A DNA stretch of 64,000 nt from Paraphysomonas bandaiensis (Eukaryota > Protista > Chrysophyceae), in NCBI GenBank assembly GCA_965644295.1, contig CBFFRP010000375.1, positions 28,611 to 92,610 on the forward strand, in the 5' to 3' direction. Below the pieces are notes generated by a model. It was not told the DNA's origin. It saw nothing but the letters and a program-made list of their open reading frames with translations, and did not search any database. This document shows positions 12,700 to 23,702 of the stretch, in pieces (within the stretch, counting starts at the first letter, position 1; each line of letters starts with the position of its first letter). A program made the position numbers and the translations under genes.

Positions 12700-13560
12700 G
12701 ATCACTCTTTGGAGAGCACAAACTCGGTGGCTGCATCACTAGATCATGTATGCGAGAAATACGATGCGTCCCAAAGCACAGTTAGAAGGTGGTTGGACAA
12801 ATATCTGGACACTGGATCAGTTAAACCAGAGTCTTAGTTCACATCACTCGCACCACACTGTCATTTCACTCGAACATATCAATTTTGTTAAAGAGTTGCT
12901 GGCAGAGAATTCATTTATTCCAACGAAGAATTATACCAAAAGGTTTTAACATGTACGGAGTGGCGTATACTTGGAACACCAAATGAAACGTACCATGAAC
13001 ACTGAGGGCTATTACAGTACAAGTTCGTCAAAGAATTTCCACAACTGAAATGAAGGCTTGAGGCGCTACTATAAGAATAATTTGGCCCGATCATTGGATG
13101 AAATTCCAGCTGGCTGCTATGCTGTTGTGGACGAACCACATCTCAAGCCGGCAGAAGTTCTACGCCGATATGGGCGATCTCCACATGGCTACCCTGCCTT
13201 CGTGAGTGGTGATGTTAAGGCCACTTAATCCCCAAGTTAGTTGTCGTGCCATTGCTGCGATGTCTATCGAAGGAATTTTTGTTGTTACTGTACACGAAGA
13301 AAATGTTGATCATAATATATTTTGATGCGCTATATCATTACATATTTCCAAGCATGAACCTTTTCCTGGGGATCGCAGTGCACTGCTCCTGGATAATGCT
13401 TCGACGGACGTGAAGATAAGTATTTATAATATGTGTGCAGAATTTGGCGTGATGGTTGTGTTCTCCCCCTTTATTCATATGATTTTTCATTAATTGAACC
13501 TGTATTCCATCTTGCCAAAGCGCACATTAGAAAGAAGTGGGGAATTATGTACGCATATAA
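12700..13560 (+). pseudogene. Degenerate IS630/Tc1-like DDE transposase
   Basis: HTH-like VCEKYDASQSTVRRWLDKYLDTGSV, then frameshifted PFPGDRSALLLDNAS and YSYDF..IEPVF (DD34E-type D and E regions); many stops; TIRs not identified. Confidence 0.7.
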
Positions 13561-13939
13561 ACCACTTGCAGCCTAACTACATGAAGCTTTGTGGTCATGC
13601 TGTACTGCCTAAACTGCATGCAATTTATTCAATCGAATGGATAGTGCCGTTACTTGGAAAGAACAGTGCGAAGCCTGTAACTATTGATCATTTCCAGACT
13701 ATATTCTACTGTATACTCTACTCACTAGTTAGAAATATAGATGTACTGACGATTGAACTTGATATGTCTACTACTACCTTCGTGATATAATTTGATTAAC
13801 AATTATATGCAATAGATTCAAAAAATATTAATAAATCAAAAATAACAAAATTTTGAAAAGTTTGTGGAAATTTAAAATATTAGTTCATACAGTTGCATGC
13901 TAGGAAAAACAAGAGTCGAAATCAAAAAGTGAGACCAGA

Positions 13940-15890
13940 CAGCTAACGATTGACTGTAATCGGTACTATTTAGTTAGAGGTGGCAGGGTAAGGAACATAA
14001 TACTTGGCCTCATACGGCACCCACTCACCCCTCTCATCCTTTTGTATTTCTTCTCACCATTCATGCAGTTGCTGTTGGCAATAACGCGGTGCATAACCAA
14101 AACCCCTGTGTCCATATGGTAATATTCCGGTGGGTAACCATACAGCACGTGATGCGGATATACGTCCAGTATAACTGGAAGTACGGCACAGTAAGTTGTA
14201 GATGATTCAAAGCAATATAGAGTATAGAGTATTGTATCTATTTACTTCTTCTTACACGTTTTAATGTAATATCATTCATTCTTTCCTCGCGGTTTGCTTG
14301 GTTTAGAAGACAGTTTCACCGGGTTGGTGATCTGGACAGTGCATTCTCAGTTTAAAAAGCACTTTAAAATTACAGTGGAAACGTTGTAAACACGGTCTTT
14401 CACATCAGACAGATTATAGAGCAGGGGGCGGTGGTAGTGGGTGTGATTCTTTTCAAACCGACGAGAAGATGATACTCTCACGTGCTCCATGTATTGGCTT
14501 TTATCACCCCCTTGAGGTCACTATACTTTGGGAAACCTTGTCTCACCCAATCCAACAGGAGAACCCATGTATTGAGTGCAGGGTCATACTCCAACGGGTC
14601 TTCCGCTGCATGTTTTTCACCTTCTGGGATACTAAAGTGTATTCACATAAGAAGTATGTTCTCAACTGTGAGTAGGGAGAGCTCGAGTAGCTCTATCGAA
14701 ATCAGTTTTTAGAAATCAAATCCTTCTTGCTCCAAGCTTTGGCACGACATCGCTCGATATGCAAACGATTCCTTTGTGCTTCCAAATGAGTCGATGTGTC
14801 CGCCACATCATCATGTTCACTTTACGTTGAAAGCTTAGACCTGTGATTGACTACCGTGACCAAATCCTCTCTGCTTGCGGATACCGCTTTGCATACGTTT
14901 TGGAGGAGAGTAAGCTCGAAGAGCTTTTGACCCTCTTCGCTACACTTGGTCACATGGCTCCTTTCATTGCCGGCGACCAGTACGTGTTTGTACTATCATT
15001 TCCTGGACGATGATTCAGGCCAACTTTGAAATGTTTCGAGTGCATGTATCGCACGGGGGAAGTTCATCCTGTTTATGTTTCATACTGCAGTGACAGCCTA
15101 GGTTTGTGAATTTTTCCCTTAAACAGGATGAACTTCCCCCGTGCGATACATGCACTCGAAACATTTCAAAGTTGGCCTGAATCATCGTCCAGGAAATGAT
15201 AGTACAAACACGTACTGGTCGCCGGCAATGAAAGGAGCCATGTGACCAAGTGTAGCGAAGAGGGTCAAAAGCTCTTCGAGCTTACTCTCCTCCAAAACGT
15301 ATGCAAAGCGGTATCCGCAAGCAGAGAGGATTTGGTCACGGTAGTCAATCACAGGTCTAAGCTTTCAACGTAAAGTGAACATGATGATGCGGCGGACACA
15401 TCGAGTCATTTGGAAGCACAAAAAAAGATTTTATTTTGTGATAACTAATTTTGATAGAGCTACTCGAGATACTCCCGAGGGCAAGAAAGTAAAGAACTAC
15501 TCACAGTTGAGAACATACTTCTTACGTTAATGTACTTTAGTACCCCAAAAGGTGAAACACATGCAGCTGAAGACCCGTTGAAGTATGACAAGCCAATACC
15601 TGGAGCACGTGAAAGTATCATCTTCTCGTCGGTTTGAAAAGGATCACACCCACCACCACCACCACCATCGCACCACGTACTGTATGATGGTTACCCGCCG
15701 GAATATTACCATATATGGACACAGGGGTTTTGGTTATGCACCGCGTTATTGCCAACAGCAACTGCATGAATGGTGAGAAGAAATGCAAAAGGACGAGAGG
15801 GGTGAGTGGGTGGCGTATGAGGCCGAGTATTAAGTTCCTTATCCTGTCACCCCTAACTAAATAAAACCAATTACAGTCAATCGTTATCTG
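13940..15890. repeat. Large inverted duplication (fold-back) centred on a 44-bp spacer 15076..15119; decayed coding-like DNA of unknown origin
   Basis: 14806..15075 equals the reverse complement of 15120..15389; outer arms match with many substitutions and indels to ~13940/15890. Confidence 0.92.
14157..14419 (+). mobile_element. Partial Gypsy LTR present only in the left arm of the fold-back
   Basis: Colinear with 17089..17339 (GATATACGTCC...CTGGACAGTG...GATTA); absent at the matching position (~15670) of the right arm. Confidence 0.75.
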
Positions 15891-16319
15891 CCCGGCACAA
15901 AATTCCTTCGATAGACTGTGGGCGTCTATATCTATGTTACGCTGTTTTTGTTTCAAAAGGATGGAATGGTTTCAAATGAATAGTTAAAGTACGTTCAAGG
16001 ATTGAGTATACTATGGTTGATACAACGAGTGATTGATGGTTGCACCAAGGTGCTTGCAGAAATACACAAGCAGTCCCGAGACAACTGAGCATTTTGTAAT
16101 CTGTGTTACCACTAGTCTAGAGTACAGTGTAATAGATAGATACATGCAATAAGTTCTCTCATGTAATAATCAGATCTTTATATACAACAAGTGATACTAA
16201 ATTTGAGGATGAATCAATTCAAATGGTGTTTATCATTAGAATTTCGAAGAAGGTTATGGTTTATGCTCAGATATTTATTTGACGGCTGTTAATTTTTTGA
16301 ATCTTGTTGTCATATATAT

Positions 16320-16944
16320 ATTATTTAAGAGAGAAAACATTCACCATAATGACAGACCATGAATATCAGATGGATGGAAACGTTGGTTGTTGATCGAATT
16401 GTGCGACTGTATTGTGGTTGTGCCACTGGTAGCTATTATGAATATGGTTATACAGTGAATACTCAAAAGTGAACTCAAATGGCGATAAACCAGTTTCACA
16501 ACTATAACTTCATCATTTTAAATCAACTGAATCAGTAAATAGCATTTTGGATCACCCCATACATCCTGTAATCGTTCATGCACCAAAGCACGAATCTTAA
16601 CGTCTCTTGATTTGTTCTCTCAACCATATTTGATTCATGTCGATCTACTAAAAAGACAACATACAAAAACACACACCAAACCATTGACGACAACAATGCT
16701 CCATAAGTCAAGTGCTCTAATTGGCGCTTGTAACGAAGTACTCATACCCACACTCAGATTTTGACATATACGACAACGATCTATCAAATTTTGAATAACT
16801 TGTATGCTCAGGAAATACTTTAGACAATTTCAACTATGTCCGCTTTTTTAGTACCATGGTGGCCCCATACGACGTTGTGAACCAAATTAAAGGCTTCCTT
16901 AACTGATTTAGGCCGTAAATTTTGACTCGCTAGTTCGTCAAGAG
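16320..16944. pseudogene. Scrambled Gypsy pol remnants (RNase H end on +, integrase on -)
   Basis: + strand FTIMTDH...VVDRIVR at ~16340..16410; - strand LDELASQNLRPKSVKEAFNLVHN..GHHG and DPKCYLLIQ match the pol at 60995..64000. Confidence 0.8.
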
Positions 16945-17339
16945 TGTCACGCATACCTGTTATTACTGCTATACGTGGACGGAGTTATACAGTGTTATAT
17001 ACGGCTGTGCTCTCGGGAGTAGGGTGTTATTGTATTTCATTTTCAGTTTTTGTCAGTACATTTTGCTGTGTTGAGTATCCTTGAAGGGATATACGTCCCG
17101 TATAACTGCAAGTATGATACGGTAGATTGTAGATGATTTATAGTGACTTAGAATAGCGTTGTTATATTCACTCTTTACACGTTTTAACACGTAATTTTAT
17201 TCATTCTATACTTGCGGTTTGCTTTTGTTAGGAGGCAGTCTCACCGGTTTGGTGACCTGGACAGTGTATTCTTGGGTTGGGAAGCACTTTAAATTCAGAA
17301 AACGTTGTAAGCACGATCTTTCTTATCATAATGATTACA
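16945..17339 (+). mobile_element. Gypsy LTR (solo, or the 5' LTR of the rearranged element downstream)
   Basis: TGTCACGCA...GATTACA termini, same start as the LTR at 60904..60265(-); shared structured motif; no TSD (AAGAG vs GTGTT) and no PBS seen. Confidence 0.72.
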
Positions 17340-17345
17340 GTGTTA

Positions 17346-18120
17346 ATCCACCCTCAGCATTCATTTCCTTGAGGCATGGACTCTTCTTATAAACTTCATC
17401 AAATCTTCATGAATACTCTTAAGGTCAAATTTCTTCAACTTATCTCCCACCTCATCCATATATGCCTTAGAAATAAAATTATCATTACTCGAACCGGAAT
17501 CAAACAAAGCTACATCTACTATTATCTTATCATTATCATCACTAATAAGCATTCCTTTCCTGTGTGCTGCTCTCCAGTATTTGCTGGTGGACATTCTGTA
17601 TAAGAAGTTAAACTGGGCAGCATGAAATATTGAATTCGATCAAAGATCGTCGATGGGATCCATATCACCCTGATCTTCCTGAATACGCGTTGCGACTCGA
17701 ATGCCCCCTTTGTCTTGTCCAAGTTTTTTCTGATACCATGGAACATTCTCTCGTGCCTGTTTTTGCTGAGGCCAAAAGGTGAAGGTCTCAATGGAGCTTC
17801 GTTAATCCCAAACCTAGCATTCATAGCTCGCAGTGTTTCTTTAAGAATTTCCTTATCGTGAGAAAATTTACAACTCTTGTCCTTGCATCCACCCTCAGCA
17901 TTCATTTCCTTGAAGCATGGACTCTGCTAGTAAACTTCCGCAGCCATCAAATCTTCATGAATACTCTTAAGGTCATCATCCTTTGCATCGACATTACTTT
18001 CCTTATTTTGTTTCTCATTCTCATCCGAATCGTCTTCCTCCATAGTAGCCAATATTGCAGCATTCAAATGTGGCTTTGTTTGAAAATTAAACCTGCCCTT
18101 GAATTGTTGATACTTCTAGA
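17346..18120 (-). mobile_element. Inverted copy of the Gypsy gag-protease region (left arm of fold-back plus spacer)
   Basis: 17426..17878 is the reverse complement of 18121..18410 + 23708..23861; encodes CFKEMNAEGGCKDKSCKFSH and LFDSGSS; 17346..17426 repeats ~17887..17974. Confidence 0.85.
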
Positions 18121-18410
18121 AAGAGTTGTAAATTTTCTCACGATAAGGAAATTCTTAAAGAAATACTGCGAGCTATGAATGCTAGGTTTGGGATTAACGA
18201 AGCTCCATTGAGACCTTCACCTTTTGGCCTCAGCAAAAACAGGCACGAGAGAATGTTCCATGGTATCAGAAAAAACTTGGACAAGACAAAGGGGGCATTC
18301 GAGTCGCAACGCGTATTCAGGAAGATCAGGGTGATATGGATCCCATCGACGATCTTTGATCGAATTCAATATTTCATGCTGCCCAGTTATACAGAATGTC
18401 CACCAGCAAA

Positions 18411-18703
18411 TGTTGAGATCTGAAGATTCTATATACTTGCAATTGAGTGCAGTATTATGTGAGATGCAAGGATCGAAAGATATATATGTAATTAGTACAT
18501 TATATTATGTAGTATGAAACTGAAGTAGAAGTGGATGACTATACAGGATACGATCACTGAGTGGGTGGTTTGTACACTATAGTAGTAAATGAATGGTGTT
18601 GAACACATCGAACACAACTTAGGTTCTTTATCATGTAATGTTTATAATTTCATCTTATCAGTTGAGAATAGTAAACCTTAGCAAATAATGTCAACTTCTG
18701 TTA
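18411..18703 (+). repeat. 5' LTR (TG...TA)
   Basis: Matches 23410..23702; directly followed by the PBS. Confidence 0.95.
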
Positions 18704-21700
18704 TGGTAGCGAGTGATAGTTGTAGGGATGGGGAAGATGACAAGAAGCTACGGTTTGACAAGAACCAAGCAGACTATTCAGCGAGAAAAATCAAGATGCA
18801 TCTAATGAAGAAAAACCGAAACCATCTTGGCTTGGAGGACCCGCCAGCCGGAGGAAGGAATTTAGAGTCATGGAGAGAGCGTAATGATACCTGTGTTAGT
18901 ACTATTTGGGAGGCTTGCGAGCATGACCCTGATGTGTTGGAGGTAGCCAATCAATATTTGGAGGGGAAGGCAATTTTACCTGCTGATGATCCTGCTAAGG
19001 AGGTGTTATCCAGTGAGCTCCTTCAGACACTGGTTGATAGGTTCAGAGGCGAGATTGGGACTGTATTGGAGAAGACTACGGCAGAATACCATTCGTTCAA
19101 AATAAGGCCGGGGGAAAAGGTGTCTGTTGGGGTAGATCGACTGAACGGTATAATCCAGAAGCTCATAAAATTGGGACAACCGCAGACAGAGGCAAGTAAA
19201 TTAGCAAAGATAAAAGCAGCGCTGCAGATAGAGGAATTACATGATTTATGGATGTCGGTAGCGATGATGCCTAAAGCAACAACTACATTTGATTCGGTGA
19301 AAGAGGCTTGTGAAGAGTATGACGAGGCTATGACGCAGCTGAAGAAACTAAAGGGAGACAAATCTGAAGAGATCAATTTTACGGCGTCGAAGGAGCCAGT
19401 GGTTTGTTCATTTTGTCGGAAGAAGGGACATGTAGCAGCGAATTGTTATGCTAAGGAACGACAAAGAAAAATGGATAAGTTCAAAAGAAAAGGGAAGACA
19501 AAGGAAAAGGCTTCGAAGAGTGTGCAGCAGCCAGGTTCAAAGGATTATACTGGTTGTCATATCTGTGGAGATTTTAGTCATAAAGCCCGACAGTGCAAGT
19601 CGAAAAAACGGAAGAACATAAAAAACCCGGATAATGAGAATCCTCGAAAATCGAACAGGAAATTCGAGACAGAATGGAAGAAATACGTCAACGACGGAGA
19701 GTCGTCGGATGATGAAGCGAATATGTTTGGAGAAGAGGTTTTGCTATCGGTGGATACGTCGGAAGAACCTCGTGTATATCTGGACAGTTGTGCAAGTAAA
19801 AGACTGTTTATAGTAAAGGATAAAATTGCACTGGAGTCATTTACTCCTGAGTTTGGGGCAATCCAACTAACTAGAAAGGGTTCTCAATTGGAGACACAGG
19901 GGGCTGGTACATTCGGGGAATGGAGAGACATCAGAGTTAGTGAAGAAGCGGTGAAGAACATTGTGTCAGGAGGGATGCTGAGATCAATGGGATACGGATT
20001 ACAACTGCTTCGAAAGCCTAAAATCGTGGAATTGGACTCTGGAAACGAGGTGTTGACTGGAGAGTACGATGAGCATGGAGGGATGCCGTATGTGGACTTG
20101 ATGGAGGTGTTAAATCTGCCAAATGTGTCTATGTGCAATCAGATGGAGGAGGTAAATTTGTCGGATAATACAGGACAAGATGCGTTGGATCGCTTACATG
20201 AGCGTACTGGACATGTCTCGAAATCGAAGTTATTAGAAGCTCACCGACACATGTTATTCAGAGGATCAGGACTACAACGACATCACCTTTCGAAGGCAAA
20301 GGAGAAGAGTTGCAAGAAACCCCTGTGTAAATGGTGTGCCAAGGCGAAGATAACCAGGCATTCGTTCAAATCACGGGACAACGAAGAGCTAAGCGCAGTC
20401 AGGTTTCTGGAACGAGTGACAGCGGACATCTCAGTCTACCTGAATTGTGAATCCAGACAAGGGTATAAGTACGTGCTCCTATTCACGGACTTAGCAACAA
20501 AGATGATATGGGAATATGGATTGAGGACTCGAAGCGGAGAGGAGGTGTTCAAATGTCTACGACACTTGTGCGAGGTCCACTTAGTGAAGTACGAGGGGTG
20601 GAACCGTATAGTGGAGTATCATGCCGATGGAGGATCCGAACTTATTAGTCAGCAGATAAGAGAGTATCTGTTGCAGCGATATGGGACTCGGGTGTCACAT
20701 ACAACACGAGACACGCCAGAGCTCAACGCGGTGTCTGAGAGGAAATTCCGAACAATTGGGGAGATGACACTGACGATGTTGACGGCATCTGGACTTCCAA
20801 AGTCGTTCTGGTTTGATGCTTATCAAACTGCATGTTACATTGTGCGACGAATGCCAACTCGGACGTGGCAAGGATGGATGTCTCCATATGAGTGTGTCCC
20901 AGGGGGAGCGTTCCCAGCCTATCGTGGCTACGGAAATGGGGGTGCAAAGCATATGTGCTAACACCCAAGGCCGACAGGAGGAAGGACTGGGAGGACAAAG
21001 CAATGACAGGTTATTTCATAGGGTATCCAGCTGATCGAAAAGGATACAAGGTGCTAGTGGGGGACACCGTAGTACACTCTGTACATGTATTATTTGATGA
21101 ATCGGTACCTGAGAGGTCTCAGGATTATTATAGAGAGCTGGAGGAGGCTCAAGTGGCTATAGATCCCGAGGCTCGTCAACCGGGTGAGTTTGAGTATCTT
21201 ATCGGAAAGCACCATGAGGATGGTGGTCTGCTATACAAGACTAACAGAGTGGTGATAAGGAAGGGACTTATTGTGGGATACCGGTCGTTGGTTACTGGTA
21301 ACCAGGTTCAAGTGGAGGATAAAACTCCTATTCATATTGCTGACATCAAGAAGATGACAGAGGATCTTGCGCAGAGGGTGGTTAGGGCCAGAGTTACTGA
21401 CAACCGTGACGGCGGTATCAGCGGAGTGGTGCCACAGCAGTCGGAAAGTGGGCAGGTGCAGCCCCAGGCTGACTCAGCATTACCTTCGGGGGAAGGGACC
21501 CCTGCCGAGAATCATCCGCACGGCAAACGCGCAAGAACTCCAAGGACGGTAACGAATGTGTCGGTGTTAGGACAAATCCATCATTTGAGTGATGAGAGTG
21601 ATGTGAGTGACCTTTTACAGGAGGCAGACTCAGTGTGGATGTCAGCGGAAGAGTCGACAGTGCCTCAGACACATCGTGAGTCCTTGGAGAGTGCCGAGCA

Positions 21701-23284
21701 CAGGGAGTGGAGACGAGCTCGCCGTGTAGAGCGAGAGGGTTTGGCGAAGCGAGATACCATGGAGGTGACTCGTATACCGGACGGAGTCGTCCCACTGCAC
21801 TCCAAGTACGTCTATGGAAAGAAGTACGATAAGGAGGGAGAGGTCCGCCGATATAAGGCTCGTCTTGTAGCAATCGGTTGTGGACAGCAGTCGAGTGGTT
21901 GGGCGAACCATTTCGCACCCGTTGTTAAGGGGGTAACAGTGCGACTGTTAATCGCCATAGCTTTCGTGATGAACATGGTAATTCATCAACTGGATGTGTC
22001 TAACGCATTTCTATATGCAGATATAGAGGGGGATGTATATATGAAGGCAACTCCGGACTTTCAGCTGCCTGAGGGGTACTGCTTTAAGTTGAAGAAGTCG
22101 TTATACGGGCTTCGGAGTTCCCCGCGGTCGTGGTGGAAAACATTGGATAAATTCATACGATCTATGCATTTTAAACCATGTGTATTAGACCCGTGTTTGT
22201 ATTATCAGTATAAGGGCGATGAATTGATATTATTAACGATATATGTGGATGATATCCTAGTGTTAGGTCGTGATGTCAACATAGTGAAGGATATTAAAGC
22301 TCAACTGTGTGCCCGGTTTGATATGAAGGATATGGGCGAGATGGAACATTTTCTGAATGTTCGAGTCACAAGAACGCCAGAGTATATTCGTCTTGACCAA
22401 TCAGTATATGCGGCTAAGATCTTAGAAAAGTTTGAAAAGTATCTTGGGTCACCGCGAAAGGTACGGAAGAGTCCTCTACCGGCGGAAGCAATGGATTTAG
22501 TGGCAAAAGGGGCACGGCATGAGCATACCGAGGAGGAACAGCTTATAGTAGATAACTTCCCATATCGGCCGCTGATAGGTGCATTACTATATCTATCGAT
22601 GAACACGAGGCCGGATATTGCCTATGCAGTGGGAGTACTGTCTCGGTTCAGTAATAAGGTGAATATTGAAGTATGCAAGCTATTAACACATGTATGGCAA
22701 TATATTCGTGGTTCTATTGACAAAGGGATTCAATATGGGAGTAGACGGTTCGACTTCCATATGTTTACTGACGCGGATTGGGCGGGAGATCAGCTCTCCA
22801 GGAAGTCCACGTCGGGGTACGTTGGGTTTGCAGCGGGAGGGCCTATAGTCTGGCAGTCCAAACTGCAGACGACAGTGGCAACGTCAAGCATGCAGTCTGA
22901 GTATCAGTGTATTTACTCGGGTCTCCAAGAAGTGCTATGGGTTCGGGGGTGACGGGTGAGATTAAGTTGAGGCTCATCAAACCCACACCATTCTTCATCG
23001 ACAGTCAGAGTGCCCAGGATTTGGCCGAAAACCCAGTGTTTCACAAGAAGTCGAAGCACATTGAGATTAAGTATCACATGGTGAGAGAGCACGTGGATCC
23101 CAATCAGTTCAATACGATTAAGTTAGTGCATGTGCATACATCGCAACAAGCAGCAGATATTTATACAAAGTCATTGGTTGGTTTATCATATATGGAGCAG
23201 AGAAAGAGAAATCTTGGAGAGAAAGTTAAGAGTTCCACTGAAGTGATTAATGAGGGACCAAGGGATAAAAGAAGGCGCAAGTAG
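18688..23284 (+). CDS. Copia gag-pol polyprotein with two frameshifts in G5 runs (~20902..20906, ~22945..22949)
   Basis: Two CCHC knuckles, YLDSCAS protease, H..GH..C..C, integrase D-D-E (TADI, HADGG, SERK), RT (LDVSNAF, LKKSLYGL, YVDD), RNase H (DADW, DSQ, ADIYTK). One extra G in each run restores a single ORF. Confidence 0.92.
18704..18715 (+). promoter_or_regulatory. Primer-binding site, probably initiator tRNA-Met
   Basis: TGGTAGCGAGTG abuts the LTR; its complement ends ...CGCUACCA, consistent with an A1-U72 initiator tRNA 3' end. Confidence 0.75.
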
Positions 23285-23398
23285 GTACTGAGTTTTTTAG
23301 ACAGAGGTTTAGACTTAGAGATGAGTCTATTTTACTGTCAAGAATTTTTTTATCTCAGGCATTCAATAGCTGGGAGGCGTCATAAGTACAACACTCAA

Positions 23399-23409
23399 TT
23401 GAGGGGGAG
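23399..23409 (+). promoter_or_regulatory. Polypurine tract
   Basis: TTGAGGGGGAG immediately before the 3' LTR. Confidence 0.9.
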
Positions 23410-23702
23410 TGTTGAGATCTGAAGATTCTATATACTTGCAATTGAGTGCAGTATTATGTGAGATGCAAGGATCGAAAGATATATATGTAATTAGTACATT
23501 ATATTATGTAGTATGAAACTGAAGTAGAAGTGGATGACTATACAGGATACGATCACTGAGTGGGTGGTTTGTACACTATAGTAGTAAATGAATGGTGTTG
23601 AACACATCGAACACAACTTAGGTTCTTTATCATGTAATGTTTATAATTTCATCTTATCAGTTGAGAATAGTAAACCTTAGCAAATAATGTCAACTTCTGT
23701 TA
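23410..23702 (+). repeat. 3' LTR (TG...TA)
   Basis: Matches the 5' LTR; followed by TSD GCAAA. Confidence 0.95.

Larger units (their letters stand above)
18411..23702 (+). mobile_element. Full-length young Ty1/Copia LTR retrotransposon (5292 bp)
   Basis: Two apparently identical 293-bp LTRs, 5-bp TSD GCAAA (18406..18410, 23703..23707), PBS, PPT, gag-PR-IN-RT-RH order; the empty site is preserved in the inverted arm at ~17570..17590. Confidence 0.97.

Noticed and set aside
12700-15900. Fanzor/TnpB associated with the Tc1/IS630 relic
   Set aside because: No RuvC motifs or zinc finger recognisable in neighbouring frames.
20900-22950. Programmed frameshifts in the complete Copia
   Set aside because: Both breaks are in G5 runs inside integrase and RNase H and each is fixed by one extra G; homopolymer sequencing error is more likely.
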